From: Octopus sinensis
Lineage: Eukaryota
Assembly (NCBI RefSeq): GCF_006345805.1
Contig: NC_043003.1
Span: forward strand, 27,838,001 to 27,902,000
Direction of reading: 5' to 3'
DNA length: 64,000 nt
The stretch's first letter is position 1, and every line of letters starts with the position of its first letter. A program made the position numbers and the translations under genes. Under the pieces are notes generated by a model. That model was not told the origin of the DNA. It worked only from the letters and a program-made list of their open reading frames with translations, and searched no databases. Positions 36,247 through 50,632 of the stretch are shown here, in pieces.

Positions 36247-37879
36247 GTAAATAACAACAGTTTTCTCCTTTAATTCAGTCATCTTAGTCATTCATATATT
36301 TATCTACCTATTTTAAAGCATCATCATTTACTTTATGTATCTTTCTAAAACAAATATATCCCCTTTCCATTAATGATTAGTTTTACTTATACAACCTTAT
36401 CGTTTCGTTTACAAATTTAATTCCGCATCTTAGAATGTTTCTTTTAACTTTGTTTATAATCGTTTACTTGTGTTGTTATAAGAAAATAAATATTAATGCA
36501 AAATCATTGTTAAAATATAATAAGGAAGCAATTGAAATATATTTACGAATTATTTATTCATATGGACATAATTAAAACGTTTGGCGATATTTACCTTCAG
36601 TTTTGAACCTTTATTCTATTTCCTACATGTATGTCGAAACGAAACGAAACGAAATATCGTAGACTTTTTTTTTTGCATCCTTTTTGTTTTTCGCCGGTTC
36701 TGTTGACACGTTCTTCGCAGAGATTTTCTGGTTTTCGTGTAAGAATAGAAGTAATCTTTTCTGACAGATATAGGATCTTATATTTTTGCAGAACGATAAG
36801 AGTGATTTAAATCATTGGAGAGTAGAATAAAAAAAAAATATGCTTCGCTGTATTTAGTTAACCACCAATTTACTTTCCGGGTTCAAATCCTGCCAAGGCG
36901 AACTTGCAAAATCGTAATATTTGATGTTTTAAAATAGAAATCCGAATATATATATATATATATAAAAAATTCGCAAAATTTTGCTTTTCATTCTTCTTGG
37001 TATTGGAAGTGATTTATTTTTGTGATGCATCCTAGATACGAATAGAAGATGATTAAACTCCAGTGTTATCGTATTCTTCCTTGTAGTTATACTACTTTCA
37101 GAACACGTTCATGCTTTTCATCTTTTCGAGACCGATAAAATAAGTAGCAGTAGAGCACTGGAGTCGATGTAATTAACTAAACATCTACCGTAAATTTGCT
37201 GGCTTTTTGCCAAAATTCGCATCAAATATATGTATATAAAACAAGGATCTATATACCATAGGTTTATTTAATATCCACTAAGTAAATTTTCTTGTTGAGC
37301 CCTGAGTCACTCGTAATTCAGCTGTCCTATAACCAAAGTCGTTCCTGCTCTGATCATTTCATTTTCTTGTGTTTCTTGAACCACCTTACAGTGCTTAATA
37401 TGTTTCCTTTTATAAGTGAATAGGGTGTAAGTTGAGGAAGATTTGACTGTTATTTCTTGGAGCGTGATCGGCTGCATAGGGGATTCTTCTTAAGTTAATA
37501 ATAAATTCTATCACCTTTTATAAGGTCCAAATGCTGCCTTTCTTTAACGTCTATGTGTAAACATTATCGCACATATGTTATACAGAAGGGTGTCTTTTAT
37601 AACAAACTGACATAACTACAGATGTATCTCCCCTAACTTTGTTTCCTCATAACTTCCAGAAAAATGGATACTTTTTAACGAACGTTTCAACAAATAATTA
37701 CTTAGATCTTGTTGACTGAATGTATGTAAAGATTTGCTGGAAAAAATTGATTCCGGGTGTTTGAGGAGAGGAGTTTCGGACAATTCACACGACCTGACAT
37801 TTTCCCCCTCATAACTTTCAGGAAAATGGGTATTTTTTAATGAAATTTTATGCAAATACCTTTCAAACGGTGTAGATTA

Positions 37880-38620
37880 CGATTACAAAGGAATCTGTAG
37901 GCAAAATCAAGGGAGATTTTTCATTGGTACGGCAGATACAGTAAAGAAATCTGTTTGTGTCTGATTGAACTGGTATTGAGTGAGCCACAGATGAGCACTG
38001 GAGTTTTCTTTTATTCTTAGCATGTGGCACCCATATACTGAGTTTTTGAATCTTATCCATCAAGTGAAAGGGATGGGTGATAGTATCATGAGAACATTCC
38101 CTTTGCTGGGCCAAAACCCTAGTGGACTGGCAAGGGTCTTCATTAGTGAACTCGATTAATTTATCTTCATCAAACTGAACAGGTTGGCTAGAACATGGAG
38201 AATTTGCAATGCTGAATTTCTCCTTGAACCTGGAAAACCATTTCCATGCACTTTTTTCTATAATAGCTGCTTCTCCAAAAATCATTTTTGTGCAGCTCTT
38301 TCAGTAGTAGTTGCTTCTCCTAAAACCCATTTTCTACAGTTCCTTCAGTAATGTCTGCTTCTCCCAAACCTATCTTTGTGCAGTTCTTTTAATAATAGAT
38401 GCATCTTCAAAAAACATTTTTGTGCAGTTCTTTCAATTCTAGCTGCTTCTTGAAAAGCCGTTTTTGTGCATTTCTTTCAATAATAGTAACTTCTTGAAAA
38501 ACCATTTTTGTGCATTTTTTTCAATAACAGTAGCTTCTCCCAAAACCATTTTTATGCATTTTTTTCAGTAATAGCAGGTTCTCCATACACTGCACAACAT
38601 CTGAAGCAACTTTGGTACCT
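37880..38620 (-). mobile_element. Degenerate mariner transposase N-terminus with an internal tandem array
   Basis: AVYGEPAITEK...GEAAIIEKSAWKWFSRFKE...VQFDEDKL...KLSIWVPHA. Confidence 0.8.
38232..38585. repeat. About 8 copies of a ~44-bp minisatellite derived from mariner HTH-coding sequence
   Basis: Approximate unit gcttctcccaaaaccatttttgtgcagttctttcaataatagta. Confidence 0.8.
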
Positions 38621-39336
38621 TGACTGAAAGCAAAGAGAAGCAAGTTTTGAAAATATTAATTAATTTTTCTATCTGACACTTCATCAAAAAACATTTGAGC
38701 GAGGTCGTTGCCAGTGTCACTGGACTGGCTCCTGTGCAGGTGGCACGTAAAAAACACCATTTGAGCATGGCTGTTGCCAGTACCGCCTGACTGGCCCTCG
38801 TGCAAGTGGCACGTAAAAGCATCCACTACACTCCTGGAGTGGTTGGCGCTAGGAAGGGCATCGAGCTGTAGAAACTCTGCCAGATCAAGATTGGAGCCTG
38901 GTGCAGCCATCTGGTTCGCCAGTCCTCAGTCAAATCGTCCAACCCATGCTAGCATGGAAAGCGGATATTAAATGATGATGATGATGATGTCTGATAAGAG
39001 ATAAATTTTATTCAAATTTCAGAAACAATAAGCAGCAGTTGCAAAGGAAGAATAGAGCCACTAACAAAATACCCTGAAACAGTATGATAAAAATATTTTG
39101 CATGTTAACCCTTTTGATACCACCAGTGTACCCAAAACTGCCTATGGTTTTTATGATACAAATTTCATGTTAATTTATCTTTCAAAGACTTCATTAATAA
39201 TGGCAAAGTTATTTTACGTCTTTACTTTCAAAATTAATTGAAGTAAACTCAGTATATTCCAACTAAATATAGTATCAAAATGTTAATTCAAATAATATTG
39301 GAAAGAATCAAATGAATTTATCTGTTAATTCCATAT

Positions 39337-39368
<32 letters not shown>

Positions 39369-39807
39369 TCAGGAGGTTATTATGTCACTAATAATCATAT
39401 GCACAGGTTCCAGGTTCAATTTCATTTATCTTTTAACTGTTTTAGTCATTAGACTGTGGCCATGCTAGGGCACCATCTTGAAGACCTTTTGGTTGAATCA
39501 TACTTATTTTTGTTTTTAAACCTGGCACTTTATTGGTCTTGTTTTGCTCAATTGCTAAGTTACAATCCAGCACCAGTTGCCAAGTGGTGGTGGGCAACAT
39601 GGACACAAAGACACGCATGCACACACACACACACAATGAGCTTCTTTCAGTTTCTGTCTGTTAAATCTACTCACAAGGCTGTAGTAGAAGGCACTTGTCC
39701 AAGGTACCATGCAATAGGGCTAAACCTGGAACTATGTGGTTGGGAAGCCAACTTCTTACCACACAGCCACTCTTGCACCTATTTCTTTCTTATTTGTCTA
39801 TTAGTTA

Positions 39808-39990
39808 GCTACTTAATCAACTAATTGATTGCGTCATTGATCATTCAACTAATTAATCAATTTAAGAAGAGAGGGCATGTCATTGAAGAAGTCGTGAATA
39901 GTGATGAAAGGACTATTGGTAGACACAACTGATTGATTGATTAACTGAATGATTTATCAAACATTCTTTTAATTAGTTGGTTAAATAGCT
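39808..39990. repeat. Imperfect AT-rich inverted-repeat element
   Basis: agctacttaatcaactaatt ... aattagttggttaaatagct. Confidence 0.5.
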
Positions 39991-40162
39991 ACTCAAGTGA
40001 CACATAATGAAGAAATGAAATTGAATTGGGGTTTGTGCTTATTATTGGTGTAATGACCCTCCTGAAATATAGCAAAATCTGTTCCAACATGCATTCACTT
40101 AAAAAATGCTGGAAACCATATATATGTGTGTATGTATGTATATATATATAATATATATATAT

Positions 40163-40693
40163 ACTTATTAATCCGAGGGGAGGCAGTGTGAGCAGCAACT
40201 AAAGGAATATTACAAAATCCACAGAAAGATCAAACACATACATATATTCATTTATAACTACATAACAGATATAAAGTTTGACATGTAAAAATATAATAAT
40301 ACATGATGTATTATCTATTGTGTGTAAAAAACATCCTGATGTATTATTTGTTGTGTGTAAAAAACATCCTGATGAGGGGAGTGTCAATTTCAAATATTTG
40401 ATATGTTTCGTATTTTTGTATATTTATTCTGGAATTTTAATATGTCATTGTATGTTTTATTACCCCAAATTTTTAATGTAACAAATTTTTACCAAATGTT
40501 TTATGATTTTAAGCGTAAATTCAATGTGTTATATATGCAACACTGATTCTTATATATTTATATATTTTTAAACGCCAGACTTTATATCTGTTATGTAGAT
40601 ATAAATGAATATATGTATGTGTTTGATCTTCCTGTGGATTTTGTAATGTTCCTTCAGTTGCTGCTCACATTGCCTCCCCTCAGATTAATAAGT
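40163..40693. mobile_element. MITE-like element with ~130-bp TIRs
   Basis: acttattaatccgaggggaggcagtgtgagcagcaact... pairs with ...agttgctgctcacattgcctcccctcagattaataagt. Confidence 0.75.
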
Positions 40694-40729
40694 GGAATAT
40701 AGCTCATTTGGAGCACTACAATTCCAGTC

Positions 40730-42130
40730 TGTTATATATTTTGAGTGTTTTTGTCACTAGCGATCTCAAGATATAACTTTGTATTTTGTAGGAAATTCCT
40801 ACGGGACAGCTTGCTGAGTGCCACAGACCAAGTCTGTGGATGGTGCAAAGTCCCTTCCAGACCTAGAGTTATGTGGTGGTGGAATAGTGCAGTAGACAAA
40901 GCCATTAGTGCAAAGAAACAGGCCTGGAAAGCCTGGAGGGATGGGGGTAGCAGGGAACTGTACCAGGTAGCCAAAAGGGAGGCTGGGCGGCAGGTATACA
41001 TAGCCAAAGATGTAGCAGAAAAGAAGAAGTTTGCCAATGTCCAGCAACGTGAGGACCAAAGAACTGAGGTATTTCGGATTGCTAGACTGTGTGTGAGAGA
41101 AAATAGTGATGTTACAGGAGAGAAATGAGGCCCGCATGGATGATGGGGCACTTGCTTTTAATGTTGGTGAAAAGAAAGAGGCTTGGAGAAGCCATTATGA
41201 AAGACTGCTGAATGTGGAGAATGAATGGGAGGAGGAGAGCCTGCCAAATGTTGACCCAGTAGAGGGACCAGCTATCCGAATAGACAGCTCCCTTGTAGTT
41301 AAGGCAATTAAGGGTATGAAACCAGGTAAAGCCCCCGGCCCATCAAGAATCACTGCTGAGATGCTTAAAACAGCTGGTTATGTGGGCTATGGTCTAGTCA
41401 CCCGCATTGTAAACCAGGTAGTTCATAATGGAGTCATACCCAATGACTGGCGTAACAGCACCATAGTCAACTGCTACAAGGGTAAGGGTGATGATCTAGA
41501 TAGAAATAATTACAGGGGTATTAAACTGTTGGATCAGGTGATGAAGGTCACAGAGAGGGTCATAACCCATCTCATTAGGGAGAGAACTTGCTTAGATGAG
41601 ATGCAGTTCGGTTTTGTGCCAGGTAGAAGCACCACTGATGCTATATTCCTGATCCGACAACTGCAGGAGAAGTACCTAGCTAAAGATAAACCCCTCTACA
41701 TAGCTTTTGTGGATTTGGAGAAAGCCTTTGACAGGGTCCCCCGATCCCTTATCTGGTGGTCGATGCGGAAACTGGAGATTGACGAATGGCTAATAAGGGC
41801 TGTACAGGCCCTATACAGAGAGGCTGTCAGCAAGGTTAGGATTGGCAACGAATATAGTGAAGAATTCCGGGTAGAAGTAGGTGTACACCAAGGCTCAGCC
41901 CTCTGTCTCCTTTTATTCATCATAGTCCTCCAGGCAATAACAGAGGAATTCAAAACAGGTTGCTCCTGGGAGCTCCTCTATGCTGATGACCTGGCTCTCA
42001 TAGCAGAATCACTACCAGAACTAGAAAAGAAATTTCCGGTGTGGAAGCAAGGGTTAGAATCAAAGGGCCTTAGAGTAAATGTAGCAAAGACCAAAATTAT
42101 AGTAAGCAGAAAGGCGAACTCAGCACCCCC
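40730..42130 (+). mobile_element. RTE-clade LINE fragment (linker and RT)
   Basis: ORF 41106-42194: KAPGPS, NYRGIKLL, QFGFVPGRSTTD, DLEKAFDRVP, HQGS, YADDL. Confidence 0.92.
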
Positions 42131-42257
42131 CCCCCCCTCTATATATATAGGTGGTACTATTGAGTTAGTCATGACCTGGGCTGATGATGGCTGAAACCAA
42201 TCTAAGTTATATATAGCTCCTACCTTTTTGGTGATAAGGGCCTATATATATATATAT

Positions 42258-43170
42258 TTCGTTTTTGGATTTGGTTTGCAAGATTCTTTATGTGAATTTG
42301 TGTGTTGAAGCATATTCTGTTGTGTCTGGGGAGAGTCATTTTCTTTTCCTGCTTTATAATTTAACACACTCACCGGTAAAATTTCCACTTATTTCTTATT
42401 TCTTATTTTCCTAAAATTTTCGTTGCATCTTGCAACCTTTTCAATAGTCTTGACTCTGTCCGCTATTTATACTGCGTTCCTTTTTGTTTGTTTGTGCGCA
42501 TGTGTCTGGGTCAGTGTGTGTGTGTGCCTATGTATGCATGCATACACGTGTGTATGTTTGCATGTGTGTATGCATATGTATGTGTGTGCATCTGTATGTG
42601 TGTATTCTGCATATTTGTGCTTTCATGTCCGTGTTTCTGTATTGTTTATATATGTGTGTGTGAGCATGTGTTTGTATATATATATGCACCTCTGTCTCCT
42701 TGTGTGTGCATGTCTGTGTGTGTGTGTGTATTTTGCAACTTTGTATTATGTTTGTATGTATGGCTGTGCATCTCTATATGTGTGGATATGTGTCTCCATA
42801 TATGTCCTTGTGTGGAGCAAAGTGTGTATGTATATATGGTCATGTGTTTCAGTCTCCATTTCATTTACATATGTGTGCTTGTCTGTTCATATAACCTATG
42901 TACCTATCTGTCTGTAGATCTGTTTATTTTCATATCCATATGCTTACACACACATACACACACCCATACACATACATACATCTATCTACATAACAGCCCA
43001 CTAACTATTCTACTCTACCTGTGTAAACTGTGGGCATGGAGGTATGATATCTACTATCTATATTTCCTCTTTAGTATTGGGGAAGTTTCATTTATAAGGA
43101 CATACTCCCGTATTTGTCTGAGTGTTGAGTCTTTTGGGTGTTTGTATAAGATGTGGATGTCAAGTTGACC
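42258..43170 (-). mobile_element. Penelope pLTR with GIY-YIG C-terminal remnant
   Basis: Homologous to 27937-28670. Minus strand near 43050-43170 reads ...DSTLRQIREYVLINETSPILKRKYR*. Confidence 0.7.
42411..42447 (-). ncRNA. Candidate minimal hammerhead, U3-A8 variant core
   Basis: Identical to 28087-28123. Confidence 0.5.
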
Positions 43171-43179
43171 CATACATAC

Positions 43180-44277
43180 ATCTCTTATTATAAAAGGCAG
43201 ATTTTATCTGCCTCCCTTTATAACTTATAGAAATCTACAATATAGGATTTCTTCAATTACAATTTACCTAGCATTTTTAAGAGTAGAATGCATCGGGTCA
43301 TGCCAGGTCCAGTTTTTAAAATTTAAACTCCAATTAAGCAAAATTTACAGAAAACTCACATTCTGGTGTGTATGTCAAATGCTTTTCTTAATGTGGTTTA
43401 CACCACACGCACACGCACACACACAGTGTGCAACGAATAAAATGAAAGTAAATAGCGACAGAGTGATTTGAGGAAGACTAAACTGAAAGTATTTAAACCA
43501 CTACTCAAAAAATAAAAAAACACAGCAAACAGAAACAAATAAATACATAACGATTTACTCCTCACACAATTTCTTCAATTAGAGTTTACCTAAGATTTTT
43601 CAAAGTACTCCATTCGGTCATGCCATAATATATTTCTTCAATTTCACCCCCAATTAAGACAAAATTCGAGAAAACTCAATATTTTAACATTTCACTCCGA
43701 AAGCATTGATGTACATGTGTGCGTGTGTGAGTGTGTGTGTGTGGTGTGTTTGATGGGTTGTGCGACACAGAAAGTGTGGTGTGTAAGTGAAGTGCTTTTG
43801 TTAGTGTGTGTAAAGAGACAGACAGAGTGAAAGACAGAAATAACTGAACTTTTTTTATTCACTTTTTGTAGTGAGTGACTGAGAGAGAAAAGAGAGAGAG
43901 AGGTTATGTATGTATATATGTATGTATGGCTTCAGTGACACACACACACAAAAACACATACCTACGTACACCTAAAGCACGCGCACGCACACACACACAC
44001 ACAAGCGGAGCGCGAACTTCAAAATTTTGGTAGTATTAATTTGCGAGCGTACTTCTAAGCGCGCGTAATTGAAAGTTTTCACTATGATATCATCACGTGC
44101 GAAAAAATTCAAAGGGTTTTGAACAATTGAGATACAGATGTCACGCCTGTATTGAAGCCATTGCTAAGCTGCCGTAATTGCTTAATTAAGACTTTGTTCA
44201 AATTGAAATTTACTTTTCAAAATTACAATTCCAGCGGGTCGAAACAAACCCGAGCAACGCCGGGCGATACTGCTAGT
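43180..44277 (-). mobile_element. Helitron/Helentron-like non-autonomous element
   Basis: Shares the cgggcgatactgctagt terminus with the 4697 family. The other end is atctcttattataaa with hairpin aggcagattttatctgcct. Confidence 0.55.
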
Positions 44278-44297
44278 ACAGATATATATATATATAT

Positions 44298-44790
44298 ACT
44301 AGCTGACTTACCCAGTACTTCCTGGGAAAGTGGGGCTTATCCCTTGGTTCCGTTCTCATAATTGTTTCGCTAATCCAATAACGACAGTGCAAAAAATGTA
44401 GCCCTTAAAACGTTTTTGTGCATTTCCAGAGAATACCAAACTGTCTTACACAGGATCTTGTTTTTAGGAATCCCCAATAAGTTATGAATACCCAAATTGT
44501 GAAGTTAGTTATGTAATAACATGAAATTAGTTACCTGATAGTAAGAATTCAAATAAAGTATCCCCGTAAAGGGCTTTAATGCATTCCCAGAGTACATCGA
44601 ACTTAGGAGGAAATACTAATGAGGTATGTATACTAAAATTGCGATGCATATTACATAATAACAGGCTAATCAGATACGAGATAATAACAATTCAAATAAC
44701 TCTGAAAAGGGCTTTTGTGTGATCCAAGAGAATATTACCCTCAGTGGCACTAGTGTTGGTATATTTGTAAATAAGTCGCTAACTGAAATA
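44298..44790 (+). mobile_element. Helitron-like family 2 copy
   Basis: Reverse-complement match to 23715-24196. Confidence 0.55.
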
Positions 44791-45279
44791 AATGGATCTA
44801 TTGTACAAACACACACACACATACTTACATACATATATATATATATATACATATGGCCGATGCCAGCGCCGCCTTGACTGGCTTCTATGCCGGTGGTACG
44901 TGAAAAGCACCAACCGATTGTGGCTACTGCCAGCCTCCCCTGGCACGTAAAAAGCACCCACTACACTCACGGAGTGGTTGTCATTAGGAAGGGCATCCAG
45001 CTGTAGAAACACTGTCAGATCAGACTGGAGTCTGGTGCAGCCTCCTGGCTTCCCAGAACCGTCCAACCCGTGCTAGCATGGAAAACGGACGTTAAACAAT
45101 GATGATGATATATATATATATATATGAAACTTGACATGTAAGTAGATATGAGATATCTACTTTTTCCATGTAATCATGAGAATTGGGTGAAGAAACTTGA
45201 AGACCGCTTAGTTTTGGGTTTATTTGTTTCAGATTACTTTAACCTGAAAATCATTATATACGGGGGATGTATGTATATG

Positions 45280-46900
45280 GTTATCAATTTGCGCTGTAAG
45301 GTTTGTGATGTGAAATAATGTGTTGAAACTGATATTGTATTTTGGGATGGTCATTGTTATTTTTTTTGCCAGATAAACACGTACAATATTTATTTTTTCT
45401 TCATTCATTTATTACTGTTCTTATTTTATTATTATAACTCATGTCTGTTTTCTGGAAATCTTTCGTCACACATCTGTGACCTCTTCGGTGACACTTTTCT
45501 TTTTCATGTGTGTTCTTGCTCCACTTACTCCATTCTGTTCTTCTAAGGTGTGTATCCTTATCTGTGCATGTGTTTGTGTCCATTTTTGTGCATGTGTGTG
45601 TGTGCGTACATGCATGCGTGTTCGTGTATGTGTGTGTTTCATAGTTTTTAGCTGCAGTGTCACCTTCCCCTCAGCAACTCCATCCTCTCACCCCATTGTG
45701 CTGCTGCTGTTCTAAGACCCCAAAATATGGTACAGTTCCTGTATTCGTCTGTGTTTGTGTGTTCACCCACAGTGTTACCATCGTGGTAGTTGTTGTTGTT
45801 ATTGCCCCTACTGCTGTCATTGTTTATCATGTTGTTGACATTGTTATGGCCATCTTTGAAATTTCTTGTGTGTGTGTGTATGGGTTCGCTTTGTATATTG
45901 TATGTATCCATGACCTTTATATAAATTTATTTATTTTATCCAACCCATGCTAGCATGGAAAACGGACGTTTAACGATGATGATGATGATATTTTTTTTTT
46001 ATACATCTATATCTCTTTCTCATAAGTATTACAAGTAAGTGCATATATGCCTATTGTGTGTGTATTACCCTGTATATTTCTGTGTTATTTACGATTTTGT
46101 TTTGTTTTTTGTTTGTCCTCTCTCTTCTCATCCCTTCTGTCTTTAGTCATGTGGTGTAGTGTGGTGGTGGGTGTTACTGTTCCATTGGTGTTTTCTATTG
46201 AGGCTCGGTCTGTCTACTGCTATGTGTATTGCTTCTGTGATCTGTCTAAGTGTTGTGTCAGTTCTATGTGTTGATAATACCATTACCTCTATGCTATTAA
46301 TCAAGCCTCTATGTTCTGCCTGTGCATATTGGTAGAGCACTGATGAGCTTTTTCTTTCTTTGAGCTCTCGTCAATATTCACCTGTACGCTCTCCCCTGCT
46401 GTGTGCAGTCTGCCCAATGTAGGTAGTTGTCATGTTTCTACACAGTCCCTCACTACATCCTGATCTATACACTACATTCCTAACCTTACAGTTAACCTGT
46501 TGGTTCCTCCCACATACAACACAACTGTACTCTGTACAGGAGGACTTATTGAAGGGATAGGTATTGCAAATCAGGGATTTTAATGGGGCACCAGGCCTCT
46601 CTACTACTTTAATTTGTAGATTAGCCTTACTTAATGTTTTTCTAAAAAAGTATGCTAGTTCACCGCCAGGGGTAGCATTGACAAACATGACACTTTGGTA
46701 TTTTTTGTCATCATACCAAGTGCTGGCCTTATTTATCTTATCACTGGTCCTTTCTGTGCTGATGGAAGATTTTGAATTGAATCACTTTAAAAGTGATAGT
46801 TTTTGTTATAAGACCAGAGGTAATCTCAGGTGGTCAATGACAAAATGGTCAAGTGTTGCAGTTTGCTTGATGCATTGTAGTACAGAAGTAGAAAAGAAAA
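45280..46900 (-). mobile_element. Penelope-like element fragment (thumb/GIY-YIG and pLTR), split by family C repeats
   Basis: FVNATPGGELA...VVERPG...CVVC...NCKVRNVVY...TYIGQT...RQITEAIHIAVDRPSLN. Decayed hammerhead-like motif at 45452-45492. Confidence 0.75.
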
Positions 46901-47218
46901 GGAAAATAAAGAAAGCCTCTGACAATGCACAAAGTTTTACAATAACCTTTATATTCCAGGCACAAAGGCCCGTCCTCAGAGGAAAGCACTCAGGAATGTT
47001 AGAAGCTTTCTTTAATTTCCTTTTCTTTTCTGCTTGGTTAAAATGAGTTTATGAAGTAGAAGGGTGAAGGTTGAAAATGTTATCTGTGACATCTATATAT
47101 CACCTTACACAAACAAAATGCTCATTTCACTGTGAAAACCAGGCAAGAAAATTGCATTGTTCATTGAACATCTAAAGCACTTTTTATGTAAACTGATGAT
47201 ATAAATTTACAGTATGTA

Positions 47219-48121
47219 TGAGGGGGTGCCCAAACGTAACTGGAGATAGGACAAGCCTGTAGTTTTGGGCTTCTGCTGATAGAAGCCTTTCGATGCAGCC
47301 CTCAGGCATCGGTCTGCTGACCAGCATCGTTGGGAGATGTTGTACTGCCACATGGTGCATCTTTGTTTTGCAGTGCTTCTTCCCTGTTTGTCGATTTTTG
47401 CGATGGCTGAAACGAAGGAACAGTGAACTTTCATGAAATTCTGTTTTCTGCCAAGGAAAATGGCAGCCAAGACAGTTGTCATGCCTCAAACAGTTTACAA
47501 GGATGCTGCCATAAGCAAAATACAAATTTACAAGTGGTTTCCACACTTTAGGAATGGTCACTAGTTGCTTGAAGGTCAACCTTGTTTGGAGCGACCATTG
47601 ACCTCCCAAACAAATGAAAACATAAAAATTCATGAACTGATCTTGGAGGACTGTCACTGGACAATTGATGAACTTGCTGATATGACTGGTGTCTCCTGGA
47701 GCTCCTGCCAACGAATTTTGAATGAAAGGTATTGCCAAGGAATTGTGAATGAAAAGAGCTGCAGTAAAATTTGTGCCCTCACTTCCTCATGAAAGATCGA
47801 AGCAGTCACAACTGAATGTGTGTTGTGAACTGAAAGAACAGTTGGAAGTTGATCTGGACCTTTTTTTTGTAGGTCATCATTGGTGATGAAAGCTGGTGCT
47901 ATGGAATTTGCAGATGTGGAAGAGGTGAAGAAAAAATAATGGAGGTGTTAAAAAGCATCACTTTGCAAGAGTTCCAGCACTGCTTCAAACAGTGGAAAAT
48001 GCATCTGGACTGATGCATTGTTTTAAATGTAGAATACTTTGAAGGCGATAAGTGTGAACATGTAAAACTAAGTGAATAAAATAACATTGCAAAATTCCAG
48101 TTTCTTTTGGGTACTCCCTCA
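47219..48121 (+). mobile_element. Internally deleted mariner element
   Basis: TIRs tgagggggtgcccaaacgtaactgga / tccagtttcttttgggtactccctca with TA on both sides; HTH remnants and IGDESWCY. Confidence 0.85.
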
Positions 48122-50399
48122 TATATATGTATATATATATATATATATAATATCTGAAGTGCAATTCGTAGGATCCTATGGCAATCACAGAAAGCTTCTC
48201 TAGTATTTATACTGGCCATATCTGGCTCAAATATTTTGTCTGTTTGATGTTCAAGCCAGCCAGGTCTGATCTCTCACATCTAACTTGCAATGCTATTCTA
48301 TAAATGCAATAATCACATTATTGAACTCTCAAAGCTACAAGATAATGCATGATTAACTTAAAACAATGTGAATAACCAAGCTTTACATTTGAGAGAAAAA
48401 TCTAAATGCTAAAGTGTTAATGCCTGTTTTCTATGCTGGCTTTATCTGGATGATTCGACAGGATTTGATGAGGTGAAGTGTCTGCTTTGGCATGGTTTCT
48501 ATAGCTAGATGTGTCATCTCTAGTATCATCTACATTACAGAGTGTGCTTGGTGCTTTTCTCATGGCACCAATACTTGTGAGGTTTCCATGTAACTTGCAA
48601 GGCAAAACAGTTCCCTTGATTGAGTGGGAGAGAGCTGTTCAATGCTTAAAGTATGAAAGAAGAGGGACAGGTTTCTTGCTGTAGAGGAGATACATGGTTA
48701 CCTCTTATTATAAAAGGGTGGGTGAGAGTAATTAGGGGTGGTGGTGATGAGCTATTAGTCTACACTCGAAGTGCATAGAAGGGTGTGAAGAGAGGAGTTT
48801 AGGATGGGTGGCTGTCCTTCCTTTTCTTAACTCTCTCACTACCATATTTCCATTGAAATACTCAGTATTTGTTTCAATTAATTTTGGGAATAATGGTGCT
48901 ATGTAAAAAGCACCCAGTACACTCTGTAAAGTGGCTGGTGTTAGGTAGGCATCCAGCTGTAGAAACCATTCCAAAGCAGACTATGGAACCCGGTGTGGCT
49001 CCCGGGTTGAAACCATACCAGTATGAAAAATGGATGTTGCTGCTGCTGCTGCGGATGATGAAGGAATTTATTAAAATTACTTTGCCATTATATGAAGCTA
49101 GGGTATAGAACATAAATTAGTATAAAAATTGATATGGAAAGTCCAGAAGAAAGGATGGTTGATATCTAAAGTGTTTAAGATGGTCAATGTGATTTGGAGA
49201 TTTCGCTGCTACTTCTACCTGGATGAAAGACTCTGTAGAGGCTTCCTTGGTTCAGTATTAAGTAGTAGACTGATTAGGATGGTTGACACTTCTTAACTGA
49301 AAAAAAAAAAAACTTTGCATTTGTATTCTTAACCATTCCTAAATAAACGGTGGAAATTAAGAGATCATTCTTAGGAATGTAGCAAGTTAAGAGTGTCTGA
49401 ATGTTCTGGATTCAAACCACATTGCAATCAACTTTGCCTTTCATCTTTTTTGAGGTTGAAAATAAATACCAATCAATTACCAGAGTTGACGATATCAACT
49501 ACCCCCCCCCCGCCTCCCCTCTCAAAATTGTAGCCATATGCCTATGTTGTAAACAGTTGGTAGGAATGTGGTACATCGTCATCACTTAATGTCCATTTTC
49601 TATGCTAGTATGGGTTGGATGGTTTGGCAGGAGCTGGCAAGCCAAAGGGCTACGCCAGGCTTTGCTGTCAGTTTTGGCATTGCTTCTGTGGCCAGATGCC
49701 CTTCTTAATGCCAACCACTTTCCAGAGTGTTACTGGGTGCTTTTTATGGAGCACTAGCACTGATTAAGTAACTGGAAGACGAGACCTTCAACTGAGTGGG
49801 TGGTGGCTTTGTGCCAAGTGATGAGAAGTTAAGCTATGGTAGAAGGACAGAAACAGGTATCTTACTGTAGGGGAGATACATGGTTACCTTAGTTGGGGAG
49901 AGAGAGAATACAAAGACCCCGATCGTCATGATACAGTGATTATAAATAATTGAATTTAGCACACAGTTAATGTAGAGTGAAGTGGTCAGATCGTCAAAGA
50001 AATGCTTGACTAACAACTGTATCTCGACCACGTGGTTCTGGGTTCAGTCCCACTGCTTGGTATCTGGGGCAGGTTCCTTCTACTGACCAAAGCTTTGTGA
50101 GTGGATTTGGTAGATGGAAACTGAAAGAATCTCATTGTATATATGTGTGTGTTTTTGTTTTCCCCCCTCCCCACTTGACAACTGATGTTGATGTGATTAT
50201 GTCCTCATAACTTAGTGGTTCGCCAAAAGAGACTGATAGAATAAGTATTAGGCTTAAAAAAGATCAGTCTGGGTTCGATTTGTTTGACTAAAACCCTTTG
50301 AAGGTGGTGCTCCAGCATGGCTGCAGTCAAATGACTGAAACAAGTAAAAAAATAAAAATTTAACCAAACAATTATTCTCTCTGACACTGGCCATGAGCA

Positions 50400-50632
50400 C
50401 TACATTTTTTTATACACTGTAGAAAGTATGCCATCAATACTGTACAAATAATGACGGCATCACATTCACAAGTTACCCTAAGGCTTGACCACAGGGCCAT
50501 AAGCCCTCTACAAAAGTCAGACTTACATAACAATGTTGCAAAAACGGTTTTTACCTCAACTGGTCCAGCATTATTCAATGTTATGGCAAAAGAAAAAGAC
50601 CTCATGACATTCAGACGTTTCTTGGATATATG
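50400..50632 (+). mobile_element. Probable CR1/L2-type LINE 3' fragment
   Basis: ...VFTSTGPALFNVMAKEKDLMTFRRFLD resembles the CR1-group C-terminus. Confidence 0.4.
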
